NCBI GenBank assembly: GCA_034926015.1
Contig: JAYFRI010000077.1
Span: 27,730 to 91,729 of the forward strand
DNA length: 64,000 nt
From: Paludibacter sp.
GTDB lineage: Bacteria; Bacteroidota; Bacteroidia; Bacteroidales; Paludibacteraceae
Reading direction: 5' to 3'
The notes under the pieces were generated by a model. That model saw only the letters and a program-made list of their open reading frames with translations. It had not been told where the DNA came from and did not search any database. Made by a program: the position numbers and the translations under genes. Shown piece after piece: positions 36,973 to 47,107 of this stretch (positions are counted from its first letter, which is position 1; every line of letters begins with the position of its first letter).

Positions 36973-37110
36973 TTCTGTTTGTTTTACGGGGACAAAGATG
37001 ACAAATTATTTTTATTTACGCAAGAAAAATATCAAATTTTTTATTTTCTAATTTTCAAGCTACTGGTACAGATGGGAAAAAATGTAAGTGAATACTCGTC
37101 TGTGCTATTG

Positions 37111-37713
37111 TTATTCGCACAATTTATCAGTAAAAAGTACGCCCTGTAAATGATCAAATTCGTGCTGAAAAATAACAGCCACAAAATTATCCTGACGCGA
37201 ATAGCCAACCAGTTTCTCTCTTACCTTTTCACCATTTTCGTTCAGATACTCCACTTCTACCCAGGGATAACGAATTGAATTACCTGACACATTCGGAATA
37301 GACAAACAACCATCACGTTCGAAACAAATGGTTTCGTCGGCACGATTTACAATTTTGGGGTTGATGGCCACTTCCACAGGAGCATTTGGTCGATCTACCC
37401 TCACAAAAAGAAAAATATTTCGCGAAATTCCGATTTGAGGTGCTGCTATACCAACGCCTGATTCAGCAAACATAGTTGCTTTCATTCTTGAAATAAGTTT
37501 TTCGACATTTTCTCTGTCTTTGCCGAAATTTATATCCTTACAAGGCCTGCGCAATATCTTCATATCCTGCTCATTGGTGGTAAGTAATACGCTGAATGGC
37601 GTTAAAGCATTGGCGCTCTCTATATGTTTTATTTCTGAATTCGTCATTTGTTGTAATGTATTGCAGGAGTACAGCAGGAAAAGCGTACAAAGCAGTAATA
37701 AGTATTTTTGCAT
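37111..37713 (-). CDS. def: peptide deformylase-family protein with lipoprotein signal peptide
   Basis: GVGIAAPQIG, DGCLSIP and QHEFDHL are PDF motifs 1-3. The N-terminus MQKYLLLLCTLFLLYSC is a signal peptide plus lipobox. Confidence 0.8.
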   Translation of the reverse strand: MQKYLLLLCTLFLLYSCNTLQQMTNSEIKHIESANALTPFSVLLTTNEQDMKILRRPCKDINFGKDRENVEKLISRMKATMFAESGVGIAAPQIGISRNIFLFVRVDRPNAPVEVAINPKIVNRADETICFERDGCLSIPNVSGNSIRYPWVEVEYLNENGEKVREKLVGYSRQDNFVAVIFQHEFDHLQGVLFTDKLCE

Positions 37714-37757
37714 ATAAAATATTTAATGAAAGTAATGCTGAATGTGAATATTGGCTT

Positions 37758-38231
37758 TCAGATCAAAGCTTCGAAGTAATAATAAATCAGGAATCCGGCA
37801 ACGATAAGTTTAGAAATAGTCCCCAATAAAAATCCAACAAACGCTCCAAAAGCAGCACGTAGAGCTTCTTTGTTGCTTTTGTTGCCTGACAACTCGCCGA
37901 GCAAAGCTCCCACAAAAGGACCAAGTATTATTCCCCAGGGTCCGGCAAACAAACCGGCTACCAAACCGAGTGTACTTCCCCAAACGCCCCGCTTGGAACC
38001 TCCAAATTTCTTCGTTCCCCAGATAGGTACAAAATAATCGAACAATTGCACCACCACAACCACAATAGCCCAAAACACAAGAAATTGCGATGAGAACTGA
38101 ACTCTTTCGGTAAGGTGGAGCAGAAAAATGCCGACATAACTTAGTGGTGTTCCGGGCAAAATGGGCAACACCGATCCCAAAAGTCCGACCAATAAAAACA
38201 AACCGGCAAGTAGTATAAGAAAAATGTCCAT
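37758..38231 (-). CDS. DUF456-family membrane protein
   Basis: MDIFLILLAGLFLLVGLLGSVLPILPGTPLSY is a typical DUF456 start. 4 TM. Confidence 0.7.
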   Translation of the reverse strand: MDIFLILLAGLFLLVGLLGSVLPILPGTPLSYVGIFLLHLTERVQFSSQFLVFWAIVVVVVQLFDYFVPIWGTKKFGGSKRGVWGSTLGLVAGLFAGPWGIILGPFVGALLGELSGNKSNKEALRAAFGAFVGFLLGTISKLIVAGFLIYYYFEALI

Positions 38232-38270
38232 GCTGAATTGTAGTTTTCTTACTTTACAATAAATATTTTA

Positions 38271-38288
38271 CAAATATAACCAAAAGTA
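38271..38288 (-). promoter_or_regulatory. two -7 box matches (TATATTTG, TACTTTTG on the minus strand) upstream of the DUF456 gene
   Basis: CAAATATA and CAAAAGTA on the plus strand, 40-50 nt from the ATG. Confidence 0.4.
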
Positions 38289-38357
38289 AAAAGACAAGTT
38301 CATTCGGTAAACAAAAAACAATGAAATCAGCACAAAATTTTCAGATCAGGAATTTCA

Positions 38358-39479
38358 TTACTTGAGAAATTCCGCAGCTTTTGAAAACACCTGTTCAAAT
38401 GATGCATCAACTTTTTTTCTGTCGATTCGTCCGTTGACTGGAAATGGATTTTCGTGCGTATAATCGAAATCAAAATCCAGCAGATCAATGCATTTATGCG
38501 CCAGCTCCATCCCCAGCGCCTTTTCCACACCCTGATAGGGAATCACCACATCGCGCTGTAACGAAATGCCCGACAATCTCTTTTTCAATGCATTAAAAAA
38601 AAGAACCCGCTCCGTTGCATTTCGTTCAGGAGCAATCATGCTGTAAAACGAATGAAATGCTTTGTCGCACCCATCCTGTTCATTTTGAGCCGGGAAATCA
38701 TTCAGGTAATAACTGAACAAGCGATCAAAAGCTTGCTTGTCCATTATTGTACGCGACTGTCCAAACATATTACTGAAAATGCTGCCGCCACAAAACATAA
38801 AAAGCTTAGCATCCGAAAATAAATTATCAGGATTTGTCATAAAAATAATTTGCGATAGAAATGCTCCGATGGAGTAAGCAAACACATCCACCTTCGTGTT
38901 TTCGCAAAACAACGGATGATTCCCGCTTTTAATATCGGTGACAAGCTGAGTAATATCGTCGACACTTTGGCGCCCCGAACTATAGAAACGATAAGGAGCT
39001 TGCGTAATACGCTCACTTAAAGCCACATTTGCCAGACTCAACGATCTATCGTTGGCATTTCGTCTTTTCCGCAAATCGTAAATAGCATGCAGATAACGCG
39101 GATCGGACCACGAAGCAGGCGAGCGGTTGATGTGAAAAGCAATCGGGAAAAGCACCACTGTTTTACCGGTTGAGTTGCATAAAAACTCAGCCCAGGTAAG
39201 GTATTTATTCCAGTTACGTTCGTTGAGTCCGTGCATCAACAAAATGGCATCTGCGGACTTCTCAACTCCCGCAGGAACAAAAACAGGATAAGTAAAACTC
39301 TTGTTTTCTGTTACATTATCGCTGAATAAATTTTCAGCCCCGGAAGCATTAAAATACGATTTCGGTTGACTCCGAAAATTATAAAACCTAATTGTTGATG
39401 TGCTTGCCGGCAATGCGGTGGGAACTTTCCAATCAAAAACAGTATTCAACAGCCCAAAACGTTCAGTATAATTCATCAT
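38358..39479 (-). CDS. alpha/beta-hydrolase-fold protein, function unknown (start MMNYTERF at 39479)
   Basis: LLMHGLNERNW and VFAYSIGAF (nucleophile-elbow-like) motifs. The track's upstream extension looks non-coding. Confidence 0.55.
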   Translation of the reverse strand: MMNYTERFGLLNTVFDWKVPTALPASTSTIRFYNFRSQPKSYFNASGAENLFSDNVTENKSFTYPVFVPAGVEKSADAILLMHGLNERNWNKYLTWAEFLCNSTGKTVVLFPIAFHINRSPASWSDPRYLHAIYDLRKRRNANDRSLSLANVALSERITQAPYRFYSSGRQSVDDITQLVTDIKSGNHPLFCENTKVDVFAYSIGAFLSQIIFMTNPDNLFSDAKLFMFCGGSIFSNMFGQSRTIMDKQAFDRLFSYYLNDFPAQNEQDGCDKAFHSFYSMIAPERNATERVLFFNALKKRLSGISLQRDVVIPYQGVEKALGMELAHKCIDLLDFDFDYTHENPFPVNGRIDRKKVDASFEQVFSKAAEFLK

Positions 39480-39654
39480 TAAAGCATTTAAAAACAATGA
39501 CAAAGAAACAGCACGATCAGAGCAAAACCAATTTAGCGGGAAAGAAAATATGCAAAGGGGACAAAGTGGAGAGATATGGGGTGAATAATGCAATAGAGGG
39601 GCGAAAAATAAAATTTCAGGGATCAATGAAGTTGGCAGTTTGACAGGAATAATA

Positions 39655-39662
39655 TACTTTTG
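39655..39662 (+). promoter_or_regulatory. -7 box TACTTTTG upstream of the LytTR gene
   Basis: Exact TAnnTTTG 27 nt upstream of the ATG. Confidence 0.45.
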
Positions 39663-39688
39663 CATGATGTATTTATTAAAAAAAGCAC

Positions 39689-40549
39689 ATGAACTCAAAG
39701 ATTCCCGCATACCTCTACGAAAAAGGCAATATCACCCGCTTGATATTGTTTACGGCTATCTTCGCCCTGTTGTTTATAAATATTTTCCAACCATTTAATT
39801 CGCGGGGTTGGTATCCTAACATTACCGATTTCAAATACTTCTTTTTTTCGAGCCTGATTATACTTACCGGCATGTTAGTAGTCGTTATAAGCAGGCTCAT
39901 CATGTTGGCTTACACCAGGAAACACGAGTTACTTTACTGGCAATACGCCATTTACATCATAGCCGAGATTGCAGCCATGTCGCTGTTTTTCACACTTTTT
40001 GCCAAATTTTTCCCACGAACAGAAATTGAGCCGCGCGATATACTTGACATATTCGAACAATCGGCAAAAAACACAGCCTGGGTACTATTGCTACCCTACT
40101 CAATATCATGGCTATACTTTTCGTGGCGCGAAAAAAACCGTTTGCTAGAAAATATAAGCAAGGCCGAACCTGAAACCGAAGTGCAGAAAAGAAATGTAAT
40201 AGCTTTCACCGACGAGAAAGGAGACCTTAAACTTTCGATTGCACTCGAAAACCTGCTTTACATAGATTCGGCCGACAATTATGCTACCATTCATTATATG
40301 AATAAGTCCAAACTATCGCATTATCTGATACGGAACACATTGAAATGGATGGAGGAAAACCTGACGAATGATCGGTCATTGGTACGTTGTCACCGTTCAT
40401 ACATTGTGAATCTGGACAAGGTAAAAGTATTGCGAAAAACAAAAGAAGGAATTTTTCTTGAAATGGATGCCTTAAATACGCCCGACATCCCTGTTTCAAA
40501 GACTTATTACGAAAAAGTGATGCAGAAATTTTCGAAGTATTCTGTCTGA
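39689..40549 (+). CDS. membrane-anchored LytTR-family DNA-binding protein
   Basis: 4 N-terminal TM helices, then a LytTR domain (LYIDSADNYATIHY...VRCHRSYIVNLDKV). Confidence 0.85.
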   Translation: MNSKIPAYLYEKGNITRLILFTAIFALLFINIFQPFNSRGWYPNITDFKYFFFSSLIILTGMLVVVISRLIMLAYTRKHELLYWQYAIYIIAEIAAMSLFFTLFAKFFPRTEIEPRDILDIFEQSAKNTAWVLLLPYSISWLYFSWREKNRLLENISKAEPETEVQKRNVIAFTDEKGDLKLSIALENLLYIDSADNYATIHYMNKSKLSHYLIRNTLKWMEENLTNDRSLVRCHRSYIVNLDKVKVLRKTKEGIFLEMDALNTPDIPVSKTYYEKVMQKFSKYSV

Positions 40550-40625
40550 TTTTTGCCGAAATCCCTTTGATTCAGTTATATTATTTTGTTACACAGTATT
40601 TATAAATTAATTGCACGTTAACATT

Positions 40626-41408
40626 ATGGAAATCGCTAAAGTATTCAGATCAAAACCTTACAAAACAGGCATTGCACTCAGTGGAGGAGGAATTAAAGGC
40701 ATGTGCCATGCCGGTGTATTAAAAGCGCTCGAAGAAATAGGCATAAAACCCGATATCATTTCAGGCGTTAGCGCCGGCGCTATTGTTGGCGCCCTGTATG
40801 CCGATGGATACACCCCCGATGAAATAGCAACACTTTTCGAGGACATCAGTTTTCGGCAAATGACAAAATTCCGCATCCCTGATGGCGGGCTTTTCAGAAT
40901 TGACGCCTTCGAGGAATTTATGCTGAAAAACCTGAGAGCAAAAACATTCGAAGCGCTTAAAATCCCATTACGTATTGTAGCCACCAACCTGGACAAAGGC
41001 ACAAGTGTTGTATTTGAAAAGGGCAATCTTATCAACCCCATTATTGCCTCTTGCAGTGTTCCTGTACTTTTTACTCCCAAAAAAATTGATGGTGTAAATT
41101 ATGTAGATGGAGGCGTACTTAAAAACTTTCCGGTATCCACCATTCACAACGATTGCGACAAAGTAATAGGCATCAATGCAAGTCCGCTCGTTGCCGACGA
41201 CTACAAACTATCACTCATGAATGTAGCTTCGCGCACCTATCATTTTATGTTTAAAGCCAATATACTTCACGACAAAGAATTGTGCGATCTGCTTATCGAA
41301 CCGGTAGATATGGGCAACTACGATACTTTTGACGTAGATAAGGGCAGAGAGATTTTTGAGCTTGGATACAAAAGCACAATGCAGCTACTGGAAACCAAGA
41401 TGAAATAA
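40626..41408 (+). CDS. patatin-like phospholipase
   Basis: LSGGGIKGMCHAGVLKALEE and GVSAGAIVGA (GxSxG) plus DGG motif (YVDGGVLKNFP). Confidence 0.9.
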   Translation: MEIAKVFRSKPYKTGIALSGGGIKGMCHAGVLKALEEIGIKPDIISGVSAGAIVGALYADGYTPDEIATLFEDISFRQMTKFRIPDGGLFRIDAFEEFMLKNLRAKTFEALKIPLRIVATNLDKGTSVVFEKGNLINPIIASCSVPVLFTPKKIDGVNYVDGGVLKNFPVSTIHNDCDKVIGINASPLVADDYKLSLMNVASRTYHFMFKANILHDKELCDLLIEPVDMGNYDTFDVDKGREIFELGYKSTMQLLETKMK

Positions 41409-41599
41409 TTTAACTCATTGATTTATAATCTTTCATCCCTGAAGATTGTTATCTGAAACTTCTGATATCAAACAGAAATCAAAACCGGGAAATGTTTTAT
41501 CAATTATAATGTTTTATCTAAAAAACTACAAATTCTTACAAATTCGCTACATTTTCCAGCTATTTCCTTTCAATCTGATACGAATTAATTTTTTTTGAT

Positions 41600-41607
41600 T
41601 ACTTTTG
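41600..41607 (+). promoter_or_regulatory. -7 box TACTTTTG upstream of aspC
   Basis: Exact TAnnTTTG 33 nt upstream of the ATG. Confidence 0.45.
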
Positions 41608-41639
41608 CAATGAAATAACTAAAAAACACAGTCAGAATT

Positions 41640-42833
41640 ATGTATCCAGTATCAGAACGTTTGGCTGCGCTTTCCCCTTCGGAAACGCTGGCCATGTCGC
41701 AAAAAAGTAATGAGCTAAAAGCTCAGGGTATCGATGTGATTAATCTTAGTGTTGGAGAACCAGACTTCTACACCCCCGACCACATCAAAGAAGCGGCCAA
41801 ACAGGCGGTGGATAATAACTTTTCGTTTTATTCGCCAGTTCCCGGTTACCCTGCTCTTCGCAACGCAATTTGCTCAAAACTAAAAACAGAAAACAATTTA
41901 ATATACAAACCCGAGCAAATTGTTTGTTCCAATGGAGCCAAACAATCGGTTTGTAATGTTATACTTGCCATTGTAAGCAAAGGAGATGAAGTAATTATTC
42001 CCGCTCCTTATTGGGTAAGTTACCCCGAAATGGTAACATTGGCCGATGGAAAATCAGTAAGTGTTTATGCCGGTATCGAGCAGGACTTCAAGATAACAGC
42101 TGCTCAACTTGAAGAGGCAATAACACCAAAAACAAAAGCATTGATCCTGTGCTCACCTTCGAACCCCACAGGAAGTGTTTACAGCAAGGATGAACTCAGC
42201 GCATTGGCAGATGTATTGGCTAAATATCCAAATATCATCATTATTTCGGACGAAATTTACGAACACATCAACTACTTGGGTTCGCACGAAAGCATTGCTC
42301 AATTCGAAAACATACGCGAACGTGTTGTAATTGTGAACGGAGTTTCGAAAGGATATGCTATGACAGGCTGGCGTTTGGGCTGGATTGCTGCTCCACAATG
42401 GATAGCATCTGCCTGCAACACCCTACAGGGACAATACACTTCAGGACCTTGCTCGGTGACTCAGAAAGCAGCCGAAGCCGCTTACACCGGCGACCAAAGC
42501 TGTATCGAAACCATGCGTACAGCTTTCGAGCGCCGTAAAAATTTAGTAGTAAGTTTAGCCCGCGAAATTCCGGGATTGAAAGTCAACGATCCGCAAGGTG
42601 CTTTTTATATTTTCCCTGATTGTAGCTCTTTCTACGGAAAATCGTACAACGGAAAAAAAATTGAAAATTCAGGCGACCTTGCCATGTACCTGCTCGAAGA
42701 AGGACATGTAGCTTGTGTAGGCGGTGGCGCTTTCGGTGCTCCCGATTGTATCCGTATGTCCTACGCCACTTCCGACGAAAACCTTGTGAAAGCTTTTGGT
42801 TGGATCAAAGAAGCATTGGCTAAGCTGGCATAA
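41640..42833 (+). CDS. aspC: aspartate/aromatic (class I) PLP-dependent aminotransferase
   Basis: INLSVGEPDF...NPTG...VNGVSKGYAMTGWRLGW (PLP lysine context). Confidence 0.9.
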   Translation: MYPVSERLAALSPSETLAMSQKSNELKAQGIDVINLSVGEPDFYTPDHIKEAAKQAVDNNFSFYSPVPGYPALRNAICSKLKTENNLIYKPEQIVCSNGAKQSVCNVILAIVSKGDEVIIPAPYWVSYPEMVTLADGKSVSVYAGIEQDFKITAAQLEEAITPKTKALILCSPSNPTGSVYSKDELSALADVLAKYPNIIIISDEIYEHINYLGSHESIAQFENIRERVVIVNGVSKGYAMTGWRLGWIAAPQWIASACNTLQGQYTSGPCSVTQKAAEAAYTGDQSCIETMRTAFERRKNLVVSLAREIPGLKVNDPQGAFYIFPDCSSFYGKSYNGKKIENSGDLAMYLLEEGHVACVGGGAFGAPDCIRMSYATSDENLVKAFGWIKEALAKLA

Positions 42834-42883
42834 GGCCGAAAGTAACGATTTTCTATTGCTGATTTTCAGCATCAGCCGAAATC

Positions 42884-42922
42884 AAAAAAAACAGGACGAT
42901 CTGGAAAGATCGTCCTGTTTTC
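42884..42922. terminator. bidirectional intrinsic terminator between aspC and the susE/F-like gene
   Basis: A8-ACAGGACGATC-tggaaa-GATCGTCCTGT-T4. Confidence 0.85.
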
Positions 42923-42945
42923 ATTTATAATCTGACAGTCAATTG

Positions 42946-44145
42946 TTATTGTTTGAAGAACCAATAACCACCATCAATATCGTTGAACAATACAGTGTAA
43001 GTTCCTGCTTTTACACCAATATTTTTACCATTCTGTGTTCCGATACCGGTGAAACCAAACAAAGGATCTCCGTCAGCTGTTTGACTTGGTGTACCCCAGT
43101 TCATATCCCAACCACCATTGGCGCGGAATTTACCCTGATCATCGCCGGTGAAAGTAACAGTTGTGTACCAGTTGTGATTGTTCGAAGCTTCGCAAGGACT
43201 CATTACAATGTCTCCACCCCAACCATTGAATCCACCAATCATCCCTATTTGATTATAGCTTGCAGGAGTTACTGTGGCCGGAACCATTGTTATTGTATTT
43301 TCTACAGAGTTCAGCGTAATGGTGTAATAACCATCGGCTGCTACCTTGATGTCGCTTGATCCCGGATCGTTATGAACAATAGCCGAACCCGATTTACCCC
43401 ATTGTTCGTCCCAGCTACCCAGATCGCGAATAAGTTTAAAACCGCGTGAAGCCCAGAAATAACCGGTATAAGTGAACATACCATCACCGGCAGCATTAAA
43501 GTATTCTCCCGGAACAACTGTCATCGGATAAATTGAAACACCCAAACCAGCCGCTGAATTATTCCAGGCGCCATTGGCCATACCTACTATAAAGTAAGGA
43601 CGAGGCGTAAATTCAGTATACGATTTTAATGGATTTTTGTAAGGCGTAGCTTTGAACGACAATACCGAAGAAGTTACCGCAGTTTGTAATCCGCCACTAT
43701 TAATAACAGCCATAACACGGGCATAAAGTGTTTGCTCAGCTACAGCATTGTTATAGGCCAACAACTTATCATTCAGTTCCTGATACCCGATTTTAATATC
43801 TTCGTTTACTTTACCTGAGTAAGTCGACGTCATACTAACGTAGGTTGAGAAATCAGCTTTGTTTGATAGTTGAAGTTTATACGATAAGACAGCTGCCGTA
43901 TCGATAAGCGTAGGCAATGAAGTACAAGTTAACAGCGCAAAACTATTTGGCAATTGCGTCACCTGAATGGCTATTGGGCTTACACCGGTTTTAAGAGCTA
44001 CCACAAAATTTGCATCTTGTTTTGCACCTTGCTCATAGCCACCAGGTTCGGCAACGAGTTGATTGGCATAAGGATCTTCGCAAGCAGTGAAAGCCAATCC
44101 AATAACAAGCGAAAATATGAATAATATTGTTTTTTTCATTTTCAA
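42946..44145 (-). CDS. SusE/SusF-family starch-binding outer-membrane lipoprotein (paralog 2)
   Basis: Lipobox LAFTAC-EDP. C-terminal GFNGW....M.......W......KFRANGGWDMNWG, a CBM-like starch-binding repeat. Confidence 0.75.
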   Translation of the reverse strand: MKMKKTILFIFSLVIGLAFTACEDPYANQLVAEPGGYEQGAKQDANFVVALKTGVSPIAIQVTQLPNSFALLTCTSLPTLIDTAAVLSYKLQLSNKADFSTYVSMTSTYSGKVNEDIKIGYQELNDKLLAYNNAVAEQTLYARVMAVINSGGLQTAVTSSVLSFKATPYKNPLKSYTEFTPRPYFIVGMANGAWNNSAAGLGVSIYPMTVVPGEYFNAAGDGMFTYTGYFWASRGFKLIRDLGSWDEQWGKSGSAIVHNDPGSSDIKVAADGYYTITLNSVENTITMVPATVTPASYNQIGMIGGFNGWGGDIVMSPCEASNNHNWYTTVTFTGDDQGKFRANGGWDMNWGTPSQTADGDPLFGFTGIGTQNGKNIGVKAGTYTVLFNDIDGGYWFFKQ

Positions 44146-44221
44146 TAAAATTTAATTTGTTTAATACATTTTCTTTTGGATAGAACTACCGCTTTTGTGC
44201 GGCAGTTCTATTTTCAAAGTA

Positions 44222-45451
44222 TTATTGGATAAAAGAATAACTACCATCAATATCGTTGAAGATAATAGTATACTTTCCGGCTTTGTAAAGTATATTTTTA
44301 CCACCCGGTGTTGCGATACCTACAGGGAAAGCAGCTGCACCCCAGTTCACATCCCAATTACCGTTTGCTCTGAACTTACATCCACCATCCGAAGCTGCAT
44401 TGGCCGCGAAAGTGTAGGTAACATACCAAACGTGATTATTCGTAGTTTCTGCAGGACTCATTACCACATCGGCAGCCCATCCATTAAATTCACCAATCAG
44501 ACCTACACTTGCCATCTTAGAAGGAGTTATTGCAGCTGCTTCAACTTTCAAAGTATTATTAATCGAGTTCAGCGTAATGGTATAATAACCATCAGCAGGT
44601 ACTTTAATATTCGAAGGTTCTTCACCTGCAATAGCTTTATTTATCAGGTTATTGATACCATCGCCACCTTTATTACCCCATTGATCCGTCCAGCTTCCGA
44701 TATCACGTATCAGTTTAAATGATCTCGATGCCTGGAAATATCCTGTAAACACATATTCACCAGCACCCTGAGCATTGTATTTATTTCCTGGCACAACATT
44801 GAGTGGTATTAACGATTTACCCAACCCAGCATTGCTGTTATTCCATGCTCCATCTCCTAAACCAACGATATAGTAAGGAACGGGAGTCACTTCGGTATAT
44901 GCCATCAGAGGTTCGATATAAGGCTGAACTTTGATCTTAATTATATTGGAGTAAAGTGGTTTCACTGTTAATACCGAATCGTTAAGCGGGCTGTTTGTGG
45001 CTTCGCTCACTACTGCTTTCAAACGCACATATACATCTTTGGTCACAACAGGATCAGGCAGGATTCCACCATGAAGAGCTATCATTGCTTTGTTCATCTC
45101 TTTTGTGTTTACACTTACTTTCTCGCCATTGATTGATGTTGGCAAACTTTGATAAGTCCCTTCAGCAAAAGTATTGGCAAAACTTACCTGAGTGGTATAA
45201 GTTACTGCCGCCGTAAAGCCATAATCAGGCTGCACACAGGTCAGCGCGTCCATTTCTTTGGTTGCATTAGCATCCGAAAGAACGTAAGTCCAGTTGCTGT
45301 ACTGCGATTCGTTCAGCACAAAAGTGAGTGAACCATCGAGAGCAGCTGAATTTATAATCGGGCTGGCAGCCTCATCTTCACACGAAGTGAACATTACAAG
45401 GCTTAATAAAATCCCGAATACTATCTTAATATTTATATTCTTCATATTCAT
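44222..45451 (-). CDS. SusE/SusF-family starch-binding outer-membrane lipoprotein (paralog 1)
   Basis: Lipobox MFTSC-EDE. Its C-terminal half is clearly paralogous to the 42946-44145 product (YTITLNS, KFRANGNWDVNWG). Confidence 0.75.
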   Translation of the reverse strand: MNMKNINIKIVFGILLSLVMFTSCEDEAASPIINSAALDGSLTFVLNESQYSNWTYVLSDANATKEMDALTCVQPDYGFTAAVTYTTQVSFANTFAEGTYQSLPTSINGEKVSVNTKEMNKAMIALHGGILPDPVVTKDVYVRLKAVVSEATNSPLNDSVLTVKPLYSNIIKIKVQPYIEPLMAYTEVTPVPYYIVGLGDGAWNNSNAGLGKSLIPLNVVPGNKYNAQGAGEYVFTGYFQASRSFKLIRDIGSWTDQWGNKGGDGINNLINKAIAGEEPSNIKVPADGYYTITLNSINNTLKVEAAAITPSKMASVGLIGEFNGWAADVVMSPAETTNNHVWYVTYTFAANAASDGGCKFRANGNWDVNWGAAAFPVGIATPGGKNILYKAGKYTIIFNDIDGSYSFIQ

Positions 45452-45478
45452 ATTATTTTAAAATTTTATTAGAATTAA

Positions 45479-47083
45479 TTAATAACCTGTATTTTGTTCC
45501 AAATTTGGATTAGCTGTCAAATCGGTAGTTGGAATAGGGAACAAGTTGTAGTTAGCACTGAATTTTGTTCCGGCCATCGATCCACCTTTCCATTCCCAGT
45601 TATAATCGCTTCCACCATAGAATCCAAAACGGATCAAATCGGTACGACGGCGACCTTCAAAGAAAAACTCTCTCGACCATTCATCACACAAAGTTTCGAG
45701 CGATAAGGCGTTTAATTTTGAAGCATGAGCACGTGTGCGTAAATCATTCACCACATCAAGCGCAGCTTTTCCATTCAAAACACTTGCACCTCTTGTTACA
45801 GCTTCGGCATACGACAAATAAGCTTCAGCAATACGCATCAGCGGATAATCGGTATCAACAAACTGAACATGATTAGAAGCAGCTTTATCAGCACGAACAT
45901 TTGTATATTTTGTTACCGACAAGCCTTGTTTGAAAATTGCAGGGCTCACTACTTTCATAACATCTGTCGATTTACTGTCAGCAATATCCCAGCCAAAGAA
46001 CATAGCTCTGTCGTCACCGGCTAAAGTTTTAAGTTTACTCAGATCAGAACCTGTAGGAATTCCACCCGGGAAGAATTTTTTACTCAAAGAATAACGGGCA
46101 CGATTTCCTCCCCAGCCTTCGGTAGTTCCCCAAGCCGGCATACCGGTAGTTCTTGTAGAAGCAATCAGGAATAAAGAATTACCATAGCTACTTGTTTTAA
46201 TACCGTCAGCAGCAATCGGAAGAATTATTTCCTGTGGAGCTGTATTTACGCTTGAATTGTCAAAAGCTCCTGCGTTGTCACCCATAAAGAGTTGTTCGTA
46301 ACTTGGATTTAATTTATAAGCCGAAGTCATCACTTTCATTGAGTATTCAGCAGCTTTATTCCATTGAGCTGTTCCGGTATAAACCTCTGCATTCAGATAC
46401 ATGCGAGTCTGCAACATCCAGTTGGCTGCCTGATCGGCACGATAATACGAACCTGTGCGAGGAGCATACATATCCGCTTCTATTTCTGTCAATTCATTAA
46501 GAATCCATGTATACAACTCTGCTCTCTTTATTTGTTTAGGAAGTTCTGTAGTTACTTTAGTTGCAAAAGGAACATTTCCAAACATATCGAGCAAATAGTA
46601 ATAATTCAAAGCACGCATATAACGGGCTTCAGCACGTTGTTTAATACTTTTTTCGTCTGTTTGTCCTTCAGTTTCTTCGAGAAACAAATTACACAAAGAG
46701 ATACCAAAATAAAAGCGGGCATACAGGCCTTTCAATTGATCGTGCGATGAAGTCCATGTATTGAAATTCATTTCGGGTATTCCGGGGTCACCCCACGAAC
46801 AGATAGCTTCATCAGTAGTAAGCTCGTTCAAATTCCAGATTAAGCGGATGAAAGAAGATGTTCCTTCATCTATACCATCGAGGTCACCGCTTCCGGCAGC
46901 ACCCTGCTGTCCTGTAAGGGCAAGTGATGCATAAATCTTAGCAAAAACACCATCCTGGTTAAAGGTTTGTGTTACGCTCGGATCAATTGGAGTAACATTC
47001 AAATCGTCTACGCACGAAGTCAGGTTGAATGAAAGCACAACTGACAAAATCGCGATAACTAATTTATTATTTATATATTTCAT
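45479..47083 (-). CDS. susD: SusD/RagB-family nutrient-binding outer-membrane lipoprotein
   Basis: Lipobox NLTSC-VDD. Conserved SusD C-terminal EFFFEGRRRTDLIRFG. Directly downstream of susC. Confidence 0.92.
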   Translation of the reverse strand: MKYINNKLVIAILSVVLSFNLTSCVDDLNVTPIDPSVTQTFNQDGVFAKIYASLALTGQQGAAGSGDLDGIDEGTSSFIRLIWNLNELTTDEAICSWGDPGIPEMNFNTWTSSHDQLKGLYARFYFGISLCNLFLEETEGQTDEKSIKQRAEARYMRALNYYYLLDMFGNVPFATKVTTELPKQIKRAELYTWILNELTEIEADMYAPRTGSYYRADQAANWMLQTRMYLNAEVYTGTAQWNKAAEYSMKVMTSAYKLNPSYEQLFMGDNAGAFDNSSVNTAPQEIILPIAADGIKTSSYGNSLFLIASTRTTGMPAWGTTEGWGGNRARYSLSKKFFPGGIPTGSDLSKLKTLAGDDRAMFFGWDIADSKSTDVMKVVSPAIFKQGLSVTKYTNVRADKAASNHVQFVDTDYPLMRIAEAYLSYAEAVTRGASVLNGKAALDVVNDLRTRAHASKLNALSLETLCDEWSREFFFEGRRRTDLIRFGFYGGSDYNWEWKGGSMAGTKFSANYNLFPIPTTDLTANPNLEQNTGY

Positions 47084-47107
47084 AATATTGTTATTTTTAC
47101 AGGGTTA

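Noticed and set aside
36931-37149. A 72-aa plus-strand ORF starting MPPPKF.
   Set aside because: It is the antisense of the trp leader (CCACCACCA is the complement of TGGTGGTGG) and of the promoter region. No coding signal.
39530-39600. G-rich blocks (AAAGGGGACAAAG, TATGGGGTGAAT, AGAGGGGCGAAAA) considered as another degenerate REP-like doublet.
   Set aside because: The similarity to the arm consensus is too weak. There is no hairpin-forming C-run/G-run pair and no TAAAT core.
42943-44722. Two plus-strand ORFs (42943-43359 and 44195-44722) resemble each other and could look like a conserved gene pair.
   Set aside because: Both are antisense shadows of the two paralogous SusE/F-like genes. 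Their similarity simply mirrors the paralogy on the minus strand.
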